This document shows, one piece after another, positions 27,530 to 37,210 of a stretch of DNA of 64,000 bases. This DNA is from an uncultured archaeon (GTDB lineage Archaea; Nanobdellota; Nanobdellia; Woesearchaeales; CAIVOO01), in NCBI GenBank assembly GCA_963845175.1, contig CAWJRI010000001.1:6874-70873 (forward strand), given 5' to 3'. The notes under the pieces are model-generated. The model ran no database searches. It was not told the origin of the DNA and saw only the letters and a list, made by a program, of their open reading frames with translations. The translations under genes were made by a program, and so were the position numbers. Within the stretch, counting starts at the first letter, position 1. Each line of letters opens with the position of its first letter.

Positions 27530-28297
27530 ATGGCAAAGCTCAGGATTGAAAAGATTTTAACTAATGGGAAGAGTCTGCTTCTGGCAATGAATCAGGGATT
27601 GGAGCACGGGCCGAAGGATTTCACGCTGCAGACAATAGACCCTGACTATGTTCTCAACATCGCAAGGAAAGGCGGCTACAACGGCATGATTCTCCAGAAA
27701 GGCATTGCTGAGAAATATTTTGAAAATTACAGGCAGGATGTTCCTTTAATCCTAAAAGTAAATGGCAAGGCTTCAATTGCGCAGATTGACCCCTACTCAA
27801 GCCAGCTCTGCTCTGTGAAAAAGGCTGTCCAGCTCGGCGCTTCAGCAGTCGGCTACACAATTTACCTCGGAAGCCCGCAGGAGCCGCATATTTTCAGGGA
27901 GTTCTCTAAAATACAGGAGGAGGCGCACCAGTTCGGGCTGCCGATAATTGCCTGGATGTACCCGCGCGGACCTTTTATTAAAAATGACATTGATACAGAC
28001 ATTCTGGCTTACGCAGCAAGAGTCGGTCTTGAGCTCGGCGCTGATTTTGTGAAGATGAAGTACAACAATGACCCGAAGGGATATGAATGGGTTGTGAAGT
28101 GTGCCGGAAAGACAAAGCTGTTGGTGGCTGGCGGAGAGAAAAAAACAGAAGCCCAGCTTTACAAAGATGTTTATGAAGTGATGCAGGCGGGAGCAACTGG
28201 CATGGCAATCGGAAGGAATGTCTGGCAGAGCAAAAATCCGCTTGAGATAACAGCCAAGCTAAAGAAGATTATTTTCGAAGGGAAGAAGATTCTATAA
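27530..28297 (+). CDS. fba: class I fructose-bisphosphate aldolase, archaeal DhnA type
   Basis: DhnA-family pattern including GADFVKMKY (Schiff-base Lys region) and MAIGRNVWQ. Confidence 0.7.
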   Translation: MAKLRIEKILTNGKSLLLAMNQGLEHGPKDFTLQTIDPDYVLNIARKGGYNGMILQKGIAEKYFENYRQDVPLILKVNGKASIAQIDPYSSQLCSVKKAVQLGASAVGYTIYLGSPQEPHIFREFSKIQEEAHQFGLPIIAWMYPRGPFIKNDIDTDILAYAARVGLELGADFVKMKYNNDPKGYEWVVKCAGKTKLLVAGGEKKTEAQLYKDVYEVMQAGATGMAIGRNVWQSKNPLEITAKLKKIIFEGKKIL

Positions 28298-29401
28298 TTT
28301 TTCTGCAATTATTGCTTTGTCGAACACGAACAAATGCACTTCTTTGGCGCCTGAGAGCTTTCTTTCGTATTTGTTCCTTTCGGTCCAGTAATCCTTCGGC
28401 GACACAGTCATCCTAAGCACAACCTTGCCAGCCTTCTGCCTCTGCAGCGCCTCGAGAATCTTTTCAAATTCGTCTTCGACAACCTCAAGAACTTCATACG
28501 CTTTTACAAAATCATTTTTAAGAAGCTTGCCCGAAGTCAGGTAAATGTCCTCATCCTGCTCGTAAACATAGGCGCCTTTCATCGCCAGCAGAAGCTCTGC
28601 AGTTAATTCAGCTTTTTCAACTGCCGGGTCAACTTCATATAAGAAATTCATTATTTTTGGCGCCTTCTGCTCCTCTGCAATTATGTTTTTAACAACAGCT
28701 GCGTGTATGACAGCGCCCTGGGGAAGGACAACAGCAGATGCCTTGCATTTTCTCAGCCCGTTAAAGTAGAGATTAAGCCTGTTGAGCTCGCCGTTCAGCG
28801 AAAGATACTCTTTTTCACATTCAAATGGAATATTTTTAATCATGGGCGGGAATTCAATGCAGATTTTTGGATACAGTTTCAGCAGCTTCTCAACATCCGG
28901 TCTTATTGTCTTGATTGTCCTTGCTGTTTCAGAAGGAAGCCTTTCAGGGTCGCAGAAAAAGACATCAGCATCCTTTAATTTGTCAGCAACCTTCTTGCTT
29001 AGTATATCGCCTTCGATGAATTCGATGTTTTTTATTCCAAGCGCTTCGGCATTCAGCTTCGCAAACTCGATTTTCCTTTTGTCAATGTCAACTGCATAAA
29101 CTTTCTTGCAGTGTTTTGCAAATGAAAAAGTCTGGAAACCGACGCCGCAGCCCAGGTCAGCGATTTTGTTGCAGCTTAATCTTTTTGCTCTGTATTCAGC
29201 GACTTCATAGGGCGTTGCCCATCTTAAATCATCCAGAAGCATGAATAATTTGTCAGCTTTAGGGTGTTTCTCTTTTCCTTTTATCCTTGCCTTTGCAATC
29301 TCAAATGTCTCGTTGTCGAACTTCTCAAGAATTATCTCTCTGGAGGCATTCAGCTTCAGCAGCTCCATCGCCTCTCTTATGCTTTTCTCATTCATAGCCA
29401 T
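28292..29401 (-). CDS. class I SAM-dependent methyltransferase (substrate unknown)
   Basis: SAM motif I IADLGCGVGFQT, then VYAVDID and EFIEGD. Confidence 0.6.
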   Translation of the reverse strand: MAMNEKSIREAMELLKLNASREIILEKFDNETFEIAKARIKGKEKHPKADKLFMLLDDLRWATPYEVAEYRAKRLSCNKIADLGCGVGFQTFSFAKHCKKVYAVDIDKRKIEFAKLNAEALGIKNIEFIEGDILSKKVADKLKDADVFFCDPERLPSETARTIKTIRPDVEKLLKLYPKICIEFPPMIKNIPFECEKEYLSLNGELNRLNLYFNGLRKCKASAVVLPQGAVIHAAVVKNIIAEEQKAPKIMNFLYEVDPAVEKAELTAELLLAMKGAYVYEQDEDIYLTSGKLLKNDFVKAYEVLEVVEDEFEKILEALQRQKAGKVVLRMTVSPKDYWTERNKYERKLSGAKEVHLFVFDKAIIAEKL

Positions 29402-30023
29402 ACCTTCCCTTTAATGGAACAAACATGAAGTTGCCAAGGGTCTTCATTTCTATCTTTCCCTTTATTTTTCTCAGCTGGATCATCTCCTGCGCATGCACGG
29501 GCCCCACTGGCGCGACAATTATCCCGTTGCTTTTCAGCTGGTCAATCCACGGCTCAGGTATCTCGGGGCAGGCGCAGGTTGAAATAATTCTGTCAAAGGG
29601 CGATTTTTCCCTCAGGCCGAAGCTTCCGTCTGTGTGGATGACTTCGACATTTGCTATCTTCTCCTTTTTGAGGTTTTTTTTGGCGAACGGAATCAGCTCT
29701 TCAACTATTTCAGTTGAATAGACAAATCCCCTGCTGCAGACAGAAGCAATAAGCGCAGCGTTGTAGCCTGAGCCTGCGCCTATCTCCAGAACCTTGTCAG
29801 TTTCCTTCAGCTCAAGCGCCTCAAGCATCGTCATTATTGTAGTTGGCTGGGAAATTGTCTGACTGCCGAGGATTTGAAGCGGATAATCGCTGTAGGCATG
29901 CGAAATATCCTTTTTCAGAATGAAATTCTCCCTTTTTATTTTCCTGAATGCGTTAATCAGCCGTTCGTCTTTGACAATCCCTTCTTTTTTCCACTTCTCA
30001 ATCAGCTCTTCTTTGGCATTCAT
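29388..30023 (-). CDS. pcm: protein-L-isoaspartate O-methyltransferase
   Basis: QTISQPTTIMTMLE and VLEIGAGSGYNAALIA. Confidence 0.85.
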   Translation of the reverse strand: MNAKEELIEKWKKEGIVKDERLINAFRKIKRENFILKKDISHAYSDYPLQILGSQTISQPTTIMTMLEALELKETDKVLEIGAGSGYNAALIASVCSRGFVYSTEIVEELIPFAKKNLKKEKIANVEVIHTDGSFGLREKSPFDRIISTCACPEIPEPWIDQLKSNGIIVAPVGPVHAQEMIQLRKIKGKIEMKTLGNFMFVPLKGRYGYE

Positions 30024-30958
30024 CTTAGCACAGCAATCTTCTTTGTAAGGCTCTTGTGTATATAGTAGCTGAATTCATTTTCTATTTTTAAATTTGCTCC
30101 TTTTACCAGCTTCCTGTAGTTGACATTGTCAGGGAAGACAACAACAGCCCTCTTCTGCAGGACTTTCTTAAGATTTTTCAGGAATTTTGAATAGAGCGTC
30201 TCGATTTTTTCAGAGATTTTGCTGCTTCTTCCATAAGGCAAATCAGTCACAACATACTCTGCCTTTGGAATCTTTGTCCCGTCGCCTTCAATTAGCTTAT
30301 AACCCTTGACTTTGAAATAAGAAAGATTCTTATCAGCCATCTTGAGCATTATTTTGTCAATGTCATAGCCGACTGCCTTCAGCCCCATAAGGCCAGCTTC
30401 CATTAAAATGCCTCCTGAGCCGCAGAAAGGGTCAACAACCTCGCCCTTGACAGCGCCTGACAGATTAACAAGCGCCTTTGCAAGCTTCGGATGCAAAGAA
30501 GTTGGGTGAGGCATCGGCCTGAGATGAGTTTTCCTCAGCAGATATTTTTTGTCTGATTCATGAAGCAGAAGGCAGCAGTAGATTTTTTTGCCAACAATAA
30601 TTTCAATCCTTGTGCCTGGCTTCTCCAGGTCAACCTTCGGCTTCTTCAGCTTGTTCCAGACAAAGCCAGCTAGCTGGGCTTCATTTTTCGCAAGCTCTCC
30701 TTCAATCCTTAAACAAAAGCTTTTTTCATAGACAGAGTTCCAGTCAAACTTCTGCAAATCCTTTTCAAGATTCTTCTTGTCTGTGACAAACAGGATTTTG
30801 CAGATTTTGTTTGCAAATGCAAGCCTTTTCATTAGATTCAAGTCTTCATTTGCAGTAAACAGAATATTATCCTCAGCTTTTACCTTGCCAAGCAGAGCCT
30901 CTGCTTCTGCCTTTGCCAAATCCAATTTCTCTTTTGATAAAAGAAGCAAGTTCATCAA
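30020..30958 (-). CDS. trm11: THUMP-domain tRNA (guanine-N2)-methyltransferase (Trm11 / Trm-G10 type)
   Basis: VDPFCGSGGILMEAG, GYDID and the VTDLPYGRSS catalytic motif. Confidence 0.75.
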   Translation of the reverse strand: MMNLLLLSKEKLDLAKAEAEALLGKVKAEDNILFTANEDLNLMKRLAFANKICKILFVTDKKNLEKDLQKFDWNSVYEKSFCLRIEGELAKNEAQLAGFVWNKLKKPKVDLEKPGTRIEIIVGKKIYCCLLLHESDKKYLLRKTHLRPMPHPTSLHPKLAKALVNLSGAVKGEVVDPFCGSGGILMEAGLMGLKAVGYDIDKIMLKMADKNLSYFKVKGYKLIEGDGTKIPKAEYVVTDLPYGRSSKISEKIETLYSKFLKNLKKVLQKRAVVVFPDNVNYRKLVKGANLKIENEFSYYIHKSLTKKIAVLR

Positions 30959-30980
30959 TATAAAGAAAAAACAGCTTTAT

Positions 30981-31629
30981 TTATAACTTTCCATCCCATT
31001 CCTTGAAAAATATCTCCAGGTAAATCTCCATTGTCTTGTGCCTCATCTCTGCAATCTGCTTTCCTGTTTCTGTGTTCATTGTGTCCTTCAGCTTCAGAAG
31101 CTTGTCATAGAAATGATGTATTGCAGAAACATTCATTTTATGCGGGTCATGCAAATCTGGATTAAGAGGCACATTAGAGTCATAAATCTTGCTCCCCCTT
31201 GCGCCGTTGAAATAAAGGCATCTTGCAATTCCGATTGCACCCATTTGCGTCAAGCCTGTCAGCGTCCTGTACAATCAGGCATTCCAAAATCTTCGTTTGG
31301 TTCCCGCCAATGCCGAATCCGTAATCTTCATGGTGCTTTACTATTTCAAGAATTGCAGGAATTTTTTCTTTAGGATATCCAATATATTCCAGGACGCGAT
31401 TCTGGATAAAAAACATTGCATAATCGCTGGTATTCGTTAATTCTTTTGTTTTAGAAACGGCCTGTAGGCGTCATGCCAAGCGAGGCGACACAATCATCTC
31501 CTTATCTCCCCCTTCTTTTTCAGCTATTCTCATGGCCAGGTTAAACACTCTTTTGGCGTGTTCGAAATCATGTCCTGTTTTTTCCTGATCAAGGATATCC
31601 TTCATCCTTCTCTCTACTTTGTCTATCAT
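30981..31629 (-). pseudogene. HD-domain phosphohydrolase (YedJ-like), multiply frameshifted
   Basis: MIDKVERRMKDILDQEKTGHDFEHAKRV... stops after 52 codons. The HD motif (LAWHDAYRP) is in a second frame. QDADRLDA.. and ..GAIGIARCLYFNG lie in two further overlapping frames (ORFs 31180..31416 and 30981..31274). Confidence 0.7.
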
Positions 31630-31682
31630 TTTAACCCCGAAAACAAGGAGAATATCTCATTAATAAATATATTCTTTACAAT

Positions 31683-32039
31683 ATGGAAACATTTAAAAAC
31701 CTTTACCTCTTACTAATGGCTATGAAGCGGGGTAGACCAGTAAAATCAGTAATTAGGCAGAATATTGTTGAAATTCTTTATTACCGTGGAGAGGGATACG
31801 GCTATGACATTTACAAGATTTACAGGGCAGTGTTCCCAGCCTGCACCCAGAAATCTATCTATTACCATTTGAAAAAAGGGGTTGCTACAGGAGAGTTTGT
31901 TGAAGCGAAAAGAGAGAAGGAAAAGGGCGACTTTTCCTGGGGCTCAGAGGTTGAGAAGGTCTATTACAAGCTCGGCCCAAAGGCCCAGGCAAAAGGCGAG
32001 CCAAGAGTAAAAGAGTTCGTTTCAAAGCTCAAGAAGTAA
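31683..32039 (+). CDS. PadR-like winged-helix regulator
   Basis: ILYYRGEGYGYDIYKIY...SIYYHLKKGVATGEF pattern. Confidence 0.5.
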   Translation: METFKNLYLLLMAMKRGRPVKSVIRQNIVEILYYRGEGYGYDIYKIYRAVFPACTQKSIYYHLKKGVATGEFVEAKREKEKGDFSWGSEVEKVYYKLGPKAQAKGEPRVKEFVSKLKK

Positions 32040-32043
32040 AACA

Positions 32044-32652
32044 ATGTCCAAGTATGTTTCAAATAAAGACAAGTTCTTGAGGATTCTTGGTTTCTCAGTC
32101 TATATTTCAGCACTGCTTGGCGTCCTTGGAGGGATGTTCATTGACACAAGCACGGCATTCTGGATTTCTGTCTTTTCATTCATTTATTTCATGCTGATTT
32201 TCTTTTTCCTCTACAAGACAAAGAACCTGCATTTTAATGTCCTGATACAGCCGCACCACATTGAGAAAGTTGTTTACAAAATAGAGCACAAGATTATTGA
32301 TTTGCCTGCTTCAAAAGCATTCTTCTGGATTGGAACAGTCATTTTGGCGCTGTCGATAGCATTTTTCTCTTTCCAGAGAAACTATGTCTTCATGCTGCTG
32401 CTGTCCATGCTCCTTGTTATAAACTACCTGTATTTCTTCAGGCACATAATAACAATCTATTTCACAAAAAGCGGGCTTGCAATTGACTACGGGCACTGGA
32501 TTACCATGACGAGATGGGACGAGTTTGACAGGGTCGAGATAAAAGGCAGGCACGCAAGATTCTACCTGAAGGAGAAGCACGTGCATAGGTCAATCCCGAT
32601 TGACAACAAGAAAGAGTTCAAGAAGGTTGTTGGGAAGTTTGTTAAGGGCTAG
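32044..32652 (+). CDS. multi-TM membrane protein
   Basis: 202 aa with four hydrophobic helices and a soluble tail. Confidence 0.5.
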   Translation: MSKYVSNKDKFLRILGFSVYISALLGVLGGMFIDTSTAFWISVFSFIYFMLIFFFLYKTKNLHFNVLIQPHHIEKVVYKIEHKIIDLPASKAFFWIGTVILALSIAFFSFQRNYVFMLLLSMLLVINYLYFFRHIITIYFTKSGLAIDYGHWITMTRWDEFDRVEIKGRHARFYLKEKHVHRSIPIDNKKEFKKVVGKFVKG

Positions 32653-32969
32653 TTAAGATAGTATTCAATTGGTTTTGAAAATCCGTGATAAAGGCAGACT
32701 TTTTTCTTTAATTTTAGTTCTTCCCTCAGCTGTTCAGTTAATATTTCAAGACAGGCGCCCATTCTTTTCTCTTTTTCAATTTTCCTGCTGTTTCCAAGAA
32801 TCTTTGCAACAGAAAGTTCTGTGGCATTGCCTATTGACTTGGCTTTGTAAATAATTACTTCGCCCCTGATATCCTTAAAATAAGCAGCAAATGTAACAAT
32901 GTCTGACGCTTTTTTTGCAATGTAAAAATATCCGTTCAAGCCGCTGCTAAGTTCATTAAGCCTGTTCAT
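32649..32969 (-). CDS. hypothetical protein (duplication copy 1)
   Basis: 106 aa. LSVAKILGNSRKIEKEKRMGACLEILTEQLREELKLKKKV is paralogous to 33066..33377. Confidence 0.5.
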   Translation of the reverse strand: MNRLNELSSGLNGYFYIAKKASDIVTFAAYFKDIRGEVIIYKAKSIGNATELSVAKILGNSRKIEKEKRMGACLEILTEQLREELKLKKKVCLYHGFSKPIEYYLN

Positions 32970-33065
32970 TTTTTATTGAATAAATATACATCCTTATAAT
33001 GTTTATTGAAAATAATTAAACAGGAAAGAGTTCAAGAAAGTTGTCGGGAAGTTTGTAAAATCAGT

Positions 33066-33377
33066 TCAAAACAGCGCATCCACAACTGAACCATAACGAC
33101 CGCCGCTACGATCCTGTATAATATTTACTTTGCCCTTTAATCCTAATTCCTCTCTTGCGCGTTTGGTAATCTCTTCAAGGCAGAATTCCATTCTCTTGTC
33201 TTTTCTGATGCCTCTTGCATCTCCAAGGATTTTTTTAACAGAAATGGTTGTGTCGATGCCCTCTTTCTTTGTGTTATAAATTTTCACTTTTCCATCGACA
33301 TTGCCAAAATGGGTGGCAATTGTGTCATATTTGCCTTTGCAGATATATCCATTTGTACATTTCTCCAACGGAACCAT
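33066..33377 (-). CDS. hypothetical protein (duplication copy 2)
   Basis: 103 aa. ISVKKILGDARGIRKDKRMEFCLEEITKRAREELGLKGKV. Confidence 0.5.
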   Translation of the reverse strand: MVPLEKCTNGYICKGKYDTIATHFGNVDGKVKIYNTKKEGIDTTISVKKILGDARGIRKDKRMEFCLEEITKRAREELGLKGKVNIIQDRSGGRYGSVVDALF

Positions 33378-33422
33378 ATTATTTTAGGAAATATACATCT
33401 TTATAATTTTTATTGAAAATAA

Positions 33423-34109
33423 TCATTTAATCTTCTTCAGAAACCCAAACAGCGCATTCAATTCCCTCTTTGTCAGCATTGCCTTGCCAAGCAGCCTTTT
33501 CCACAGCGTTTTCTGCGTCTGCCTTTTTTCCTTTGTCGAGAACTCCATCTTGTCAAGCACTTTACTGACGTTCTTCAGGAAAGCTTCTTTCTCCCTTTTG
33601 CCTGCGAACAGAATCTTTTCCCTGACTCTGTCAACACCTTTCTTCTTGTAAATCTCATACAAAACAATCGCTACCGCGTGCGAGACATTCATTGTCTCAT
33701 AATTTTTTGATGTCGGAATCGTTACAATGAAGTCGCACAAGTCAATTTCTTTGTTCCTCAGCCCAATCCCCTCTCTGCCGAATATCAATCCTATTTTCTT
33801 ATTAATTTTGACTTTGTCAGCCAGCTCCTCCGGACTCAGAGGCGAGCGGGGAATGTTGTAGTCAGTGCCAATCTTGGCTGTTGTGCCAATCAAATAATCA
33901 AAGCTTTTCAGATAAGAAAAATCCTTCACCTTCGCGTTCTTCAGAATCTTCAGCGCAGAATGCTTGCCTCTCAGAATAGCTTCGTTATCCAGATGGTTGC
34001 ATTTTGGATTGACAAGAACAAGCTCAGCAAAATCAAAATTAGCCATCACCCTTGCAACTGCGCCGACATTTGACGAATGCTCTGGCTCTATGAGAATTAC
34101 GGACAGCAT
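33423..34109 (-). CDS. trmJ: SpoU/TrmH-family RNA 2'-O-methyltransferase (TrmJ-like)
   Basis: VILIEPEHSSNVGAVARVMANF, LIFGREGIGL and MNVSHAVAIVLYE. Confidence 0.75.
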   Translation of the reverse strand: MLSVILIEPEHSSNVGAVARVMANFDFAELVLVNPKCNHLDNEAILRGKHSALKILKNAKVKDFSYLKSFDYLIGTTAKIGTDYNIPRSPLSPEELADKVKINKKIGLIFGREGIGLRNKEIDLCDFIVTIPTSKNYETMNVSHAVAIVLYEIYKKKGVDRVREKILFAGKREKEAFLKNVSKVLDKMEFSTKEKRQTQKTLWKRLLGKAMLTKRELNALFGFLKKIK

Positions 34110-34466
34110 TTACTCACCAACCCAGATATCGCCGCCTATATATTCTCCTTCAGGGTTGTATGCATAATAAATTGTGGCAACAGAACGGTCAGAGGCAGAG
34201 CCCATACCTTCTATTGTTTTCTTCTGAGCTTCAAATAACGCTTCTTCCGGAGTATCATATTCACCCCATTCCCAATCCTCATTAGAAAATTTATCAACAC
34301 CGATTACTTTATACTTTCCAGAACAAGATTTACGAAGCTGCGCAACTCTTTCTCTTTCTTTTTCCACCCTGAATATTAATTCTTCACTTGATATGCCCAT
34401 ATCACTAGCTGCGCTGTTCACCAGTTCTCTCAAGCCTTCATAATCTTTTGTAAGATCTCTCCCCAT
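34110..34466 (-). CDS. hypothetical protein
   Basis: 118-aa acidic ORF abutting trmJ. Confidence 0.4.
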   Translation of the reverse strand: MGRDLTKDYEGLRELVNSAASDMGISSEELIFRVEKERERVAQLRKSCSGKYKVIGVDKFSNEDWEWGEYDTPEEALFEAQKKTIEGMGSASDRSVATIYYAYNPEGEYIGGDIWVGE

Positions 34467-34538
34467 ACATTATTATATGGTTTAGAACTATATAAGTTTA
34501 ACGAAACTGCAAACAAAACATTTAAAAACCTATTCGTC

Positions 34539-35567
34539 ATGTGCATAAAGCCTATGTCACCGCTAAAACAAATCTTACTAAAGGGAGACCCGTTCTCAGA
34601 TATTCTGGGGCAGGACAATGCAAAGAAACAGCTGAAATCAGCTCTGCTCACAGGCAGGCACGTTCTTATTCTCGGCCCGCCAGGCATAGGAAAGACAACC
34701 TTGGCAAAGAACCTTGCAAAGCTTCTGCCGGACTTGACTGTCAATGACTGCAGCTTCAACTGCCTTCCAGACAATCCAGTCTGCCCCGAGTGCAGGGCAA
34801 GGAAGCAGAAGACAAGGAAAACAAAGGGCATTGAAAGGTTCATAAGGATACAGGGCAGCCCCGACCTGACTGCAGAGGATTTGATTGGTGACATTGATCC
34901 AATTAAGGCATTGAAATTCGGGCCACTATCGCCAGAAGCATTCTCGCCCGGGAAGATTTTCAAGGCAAACAACGGGATTCTATTTTTTGACGAGCTGAAC
35001 AGGTGCCCTGAAAAGCTCCAGAACGCCCTGCTCCAGGTTTTGCAGGAAGGAAAGGCAACAATCGGAAGCTACGATGTTGACATTGAATCAAGCTTCATCT
35101 TCATCGGAACAATGAATCCGAAAGACACAAGCACAGAAAGATTGTCAGATGTCCTGATGGATAGGTTTGATGTTGTCTACATGACTTATCCTGAGACAGC
35201 TGAGACAGAGAAGGAAATAGTGAAAAGACACGGAAAAAGCTTCAAGGAGATTGAATTCCCAAACAGCATCCTGAATTTGACAGTTGGTTTCATAAGAAAC
35301 CTGAGGGATGACAGCAAGCTTGAAAAAGTTCCAAGCGTAAGGGCAACATTGGGATTGTACGAGAGAGCACAGGCAAATGCGCTGCTGAAAAACAAGAAGA
35401 TAGTCAGCTTTGTGGATGTTGAAGAGGCAATGCTTTCTGTCCTGTCGCACAGAATAAGGCTGAAGCCGACTGCTGAGTATCTACAGAGCCCTGCTGAATA
35501 CATAAAAGATGAGTTTAAGAAGTTTGCAGAGCATAATAAAATCACAGAAAAGGGCGATTATCCGTAG
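34539..35567 (+). CDS. MoxR/ChlI-like AAA+ ATPase with a Cys4 insert
   Basis: Walker A GPPGIGKTT and Walker B ILFFDELNR, then CPEKLQNALLQVLQEGK. A CSFNC...CPEC insert lies between them. Confidence 0.75.
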   Translation: MCIKPMSPLKQILLKGDPFSDILGQDNAKKQLKSALLTGRHVLILGPPGIGKTTLAKNLAKLLPDLTVNDCSFNCLPDNPVCPECRARKQKTRKTKGIERFIRIQGSPDLTAEDLIGDIDPIKALKFGPLSPEAFSPGKIFKANNGILFFDELNRCPEKLQNALLQVLQEGKATIGSYDVDIESSFIFIGTMNPKDTSTERLSDVLMDRFDVVYMTYPETAETEKEIVKRHGKSFKEIEFPNSILNLTVGFIRNLRDDSKLEKVPSVRATLGLYERAQANALLKNKKIVSFVDVEEAMLSVLSHRIRLKPTAEYLQSPAEYIKDEFKKFAEHNKITEKGDYP

Positions 35568-36759
35568 CAGAGAGGAAACAGAGCAGGCAGTTGCGAAAAT
35601 AGGCAATCTTGAAGAGATTGAGGAGATGACAGGCAAGCTTGATATGCAGAATCTCGAGCCGAAACTGATGCACTCTGTTATTGAAAACGACAAGGATGTC
35701 ATAGATGACGGCAAGTTAATCAAGGAAGCCTACAACCAGGGGCTTTCAAATTTTATTCCTGACCTGATGTTCGAGCAGCTGGTTAAGAATTTCTCAATGG
35801 CAAAGCAGATTTACGGCGAGACAATCCTAAAGCTCATGACTGGCTACGATGCAGATTATATAGAGAAAAACATCAAGATTCCCGAGTTCCAGAAGGTGAT
35901 AAAGAAGGCGATTGAGGAGAAAGTAAAGAAATTGAAAAAAGAGAAAGTACTTGACAAGGAGAATTCATTCAATGACGCTTCTCTTGAGCTTGCTTCGATG
36001 GTGATGTACCTTGAAGAGCTTGACAACATAACTCCGAAAGGCATTTACGGCGAAAAAATACACAAGAAAATCTCGCTTTACGGCGACAGGGAGGATTACA
36101 AAAACTTTACAAGAGACACAAGATACAGGGACATTGCGATTAAGCATTCTGTCAAGACAGCAATAAGAAGAGGGCACAAGACTCTTGAAATAAAAGATTT
36201 GAAGGCATTTGAAAGGGGAAGCAAAGGGAAAGCAATCATAATCTATGCAATGGATTCATCAGGCTCGATGAAAGGCAAGAAAATTGACTCTTCAAAAAAA
36301 GCAGGCATTGCCCTGGCATTCAAGGCGCTGAAGGAGAAGGATGAAGTCGGATTGATTGTTTTCGGGGACGATTTAAAGGCAGTGATTCCGCCGACAACGG
36401 ATTTCACAAGGCTGCTCAAGGAAATCACAATGATAAAGGCGTCGAAGGAGACAAACATCGCGCTGCCGCTGAAGAAATGCATTGAGTTGTTCCCTTCAGA
36501 GGAGGTTACAAAGCATCTGATTCTGCTGACAGATGCGATACCAACTGTCGGCGAAGAGCCGGAGAAGGAGACAATAAACGCGGCAATCGAGGCAAGGGAG
36601 AAGGGGATAACGATTTCCCTGATTGGCATAAATTTGGACAAGAAAGGAAAAGAATTGGCGAAGAAGATAGTTGACATTGGGCAGGGAAAGCTGTACATGG
36701 CGAAGAAAGTGGAGGAGATTGACAAGATAGTATTAGAAGATTACTACAACATTGCTTAA
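35509..36759 (+). CDS. vWA-domain protein (MoxR partner, ChlD-like)
   Basis: C-terminal vWA domain with MIDAS motif IIYAMDSSGSMKG. The start is uncertain: it overlaps the upstream gene by 59 nt, and an alternative Met lies near 35626. Confidence 0.7.
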   Translation: MSLRSLQSIIKSQKRAIIRSREETEQAVAKIGNLEEIEEMTGKLDMQNLEPKLMHSVIENDKDVIDDGKLIKEAYNQGLSNFIPDLMFEQLVKNFSMAKQIYGETILKLMTGYDADYIEKNIKIPEFQKVIKKAIEEKVKKLKKEKVLDKENSFNDASLELASMVMYLEELDNITPKGIYGEKIHKKISLYGDREDYKNFTRDTRYRDIAIKHSVKTAIRRGHKTLEIKDLKAFERGSKGKAIIIYAMDSSGSMKGKKIDSSKKAGIALAFKALKEKDEVGLIVFGDDLKAVIPPTTDFTRLLKEITMIKASKETNIALPLKKCIELFPSEEVTKHLILLTDAIPTVGEEPEKETINAAIEAREKGITISLIGINLDKKGKELAKKIVDIGQGKLYMAKKVEEIDKIVLEDYYNIA

Positions 36760-36796
36760 GAAACATTTATAAAATAATTTATCAACCGCCAATTCA

Positions 36797-37210
36797 ATGG
36801 CAAACAAACAGGAGCATTATCTTTCTTTATTCAATACAGCCAAGACAAAGGAGGAGATAAAGAGAAAACTTGTCAGCCTCGATACATACTTGTCAGATCT
36901 CATAAGAAGGAACGATCCCAATTTCAATGAAAAGATTGTAAGTATGCTGATTAAGGTTACGACGCAGGCATATAAAGAGATAATCTATTCTAACGGCGAA
37001 ATCTCAGACATACTTGCCATAAACAGCATATCTCTCTACAAGACATTAGGAACAATACTCAGCAACTACAACCTTTATATCGCGAGCGAGCCTCAAAACG
37101 CCAATGTTCTTATGCCTTTGTTTGATAACTACAGCAAGTGCTATGTTTCATTGGGAGAAGCCATTGAAAATAAGACAAAAGTGCATCCTGACAAGATAAA
37201 GCTAGATTAA
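36797..37210 (+). CDS. hypothetical protein
   Basis: 137-aa ORF, convergent with the giant gene. Confidence 0.4.
   Translation: MANKQEHYLSLFNTAKTKEEIKRKLVSLDTYLSDLIRRNDPNFNEKIVSMLIKVTTQAYKEIIYSNGEISDILAINSISLYKTLGTILSNYNLYIASEPQNANVLMPLFDNYSKCYVSLGEAIENKTKVHPDKIKLD

Larger units (their letters stand above)
32608..33423. repeat. Diverged tandem duplication of about 2 x 410 bp (gene tail, small gene and promoter)
   Basis: 32608-33020 corresponds to 33021-33423. The tail ...KEFKKVVGKFVKG* is repeated as a relic at 33021-33065, and the promoter string AAATATACATCyTTATAAT.TTTATTGAAAATAAT is repeated at 32982 and 33389. Confidence 0.8.

Noticed and set aside
37207-37210. The convergent genes share a TTAA that provides the stop codon on both strands.
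   Set aside because: This is real, but it is a trivial consequence of tight packing in an AT-rich genome.
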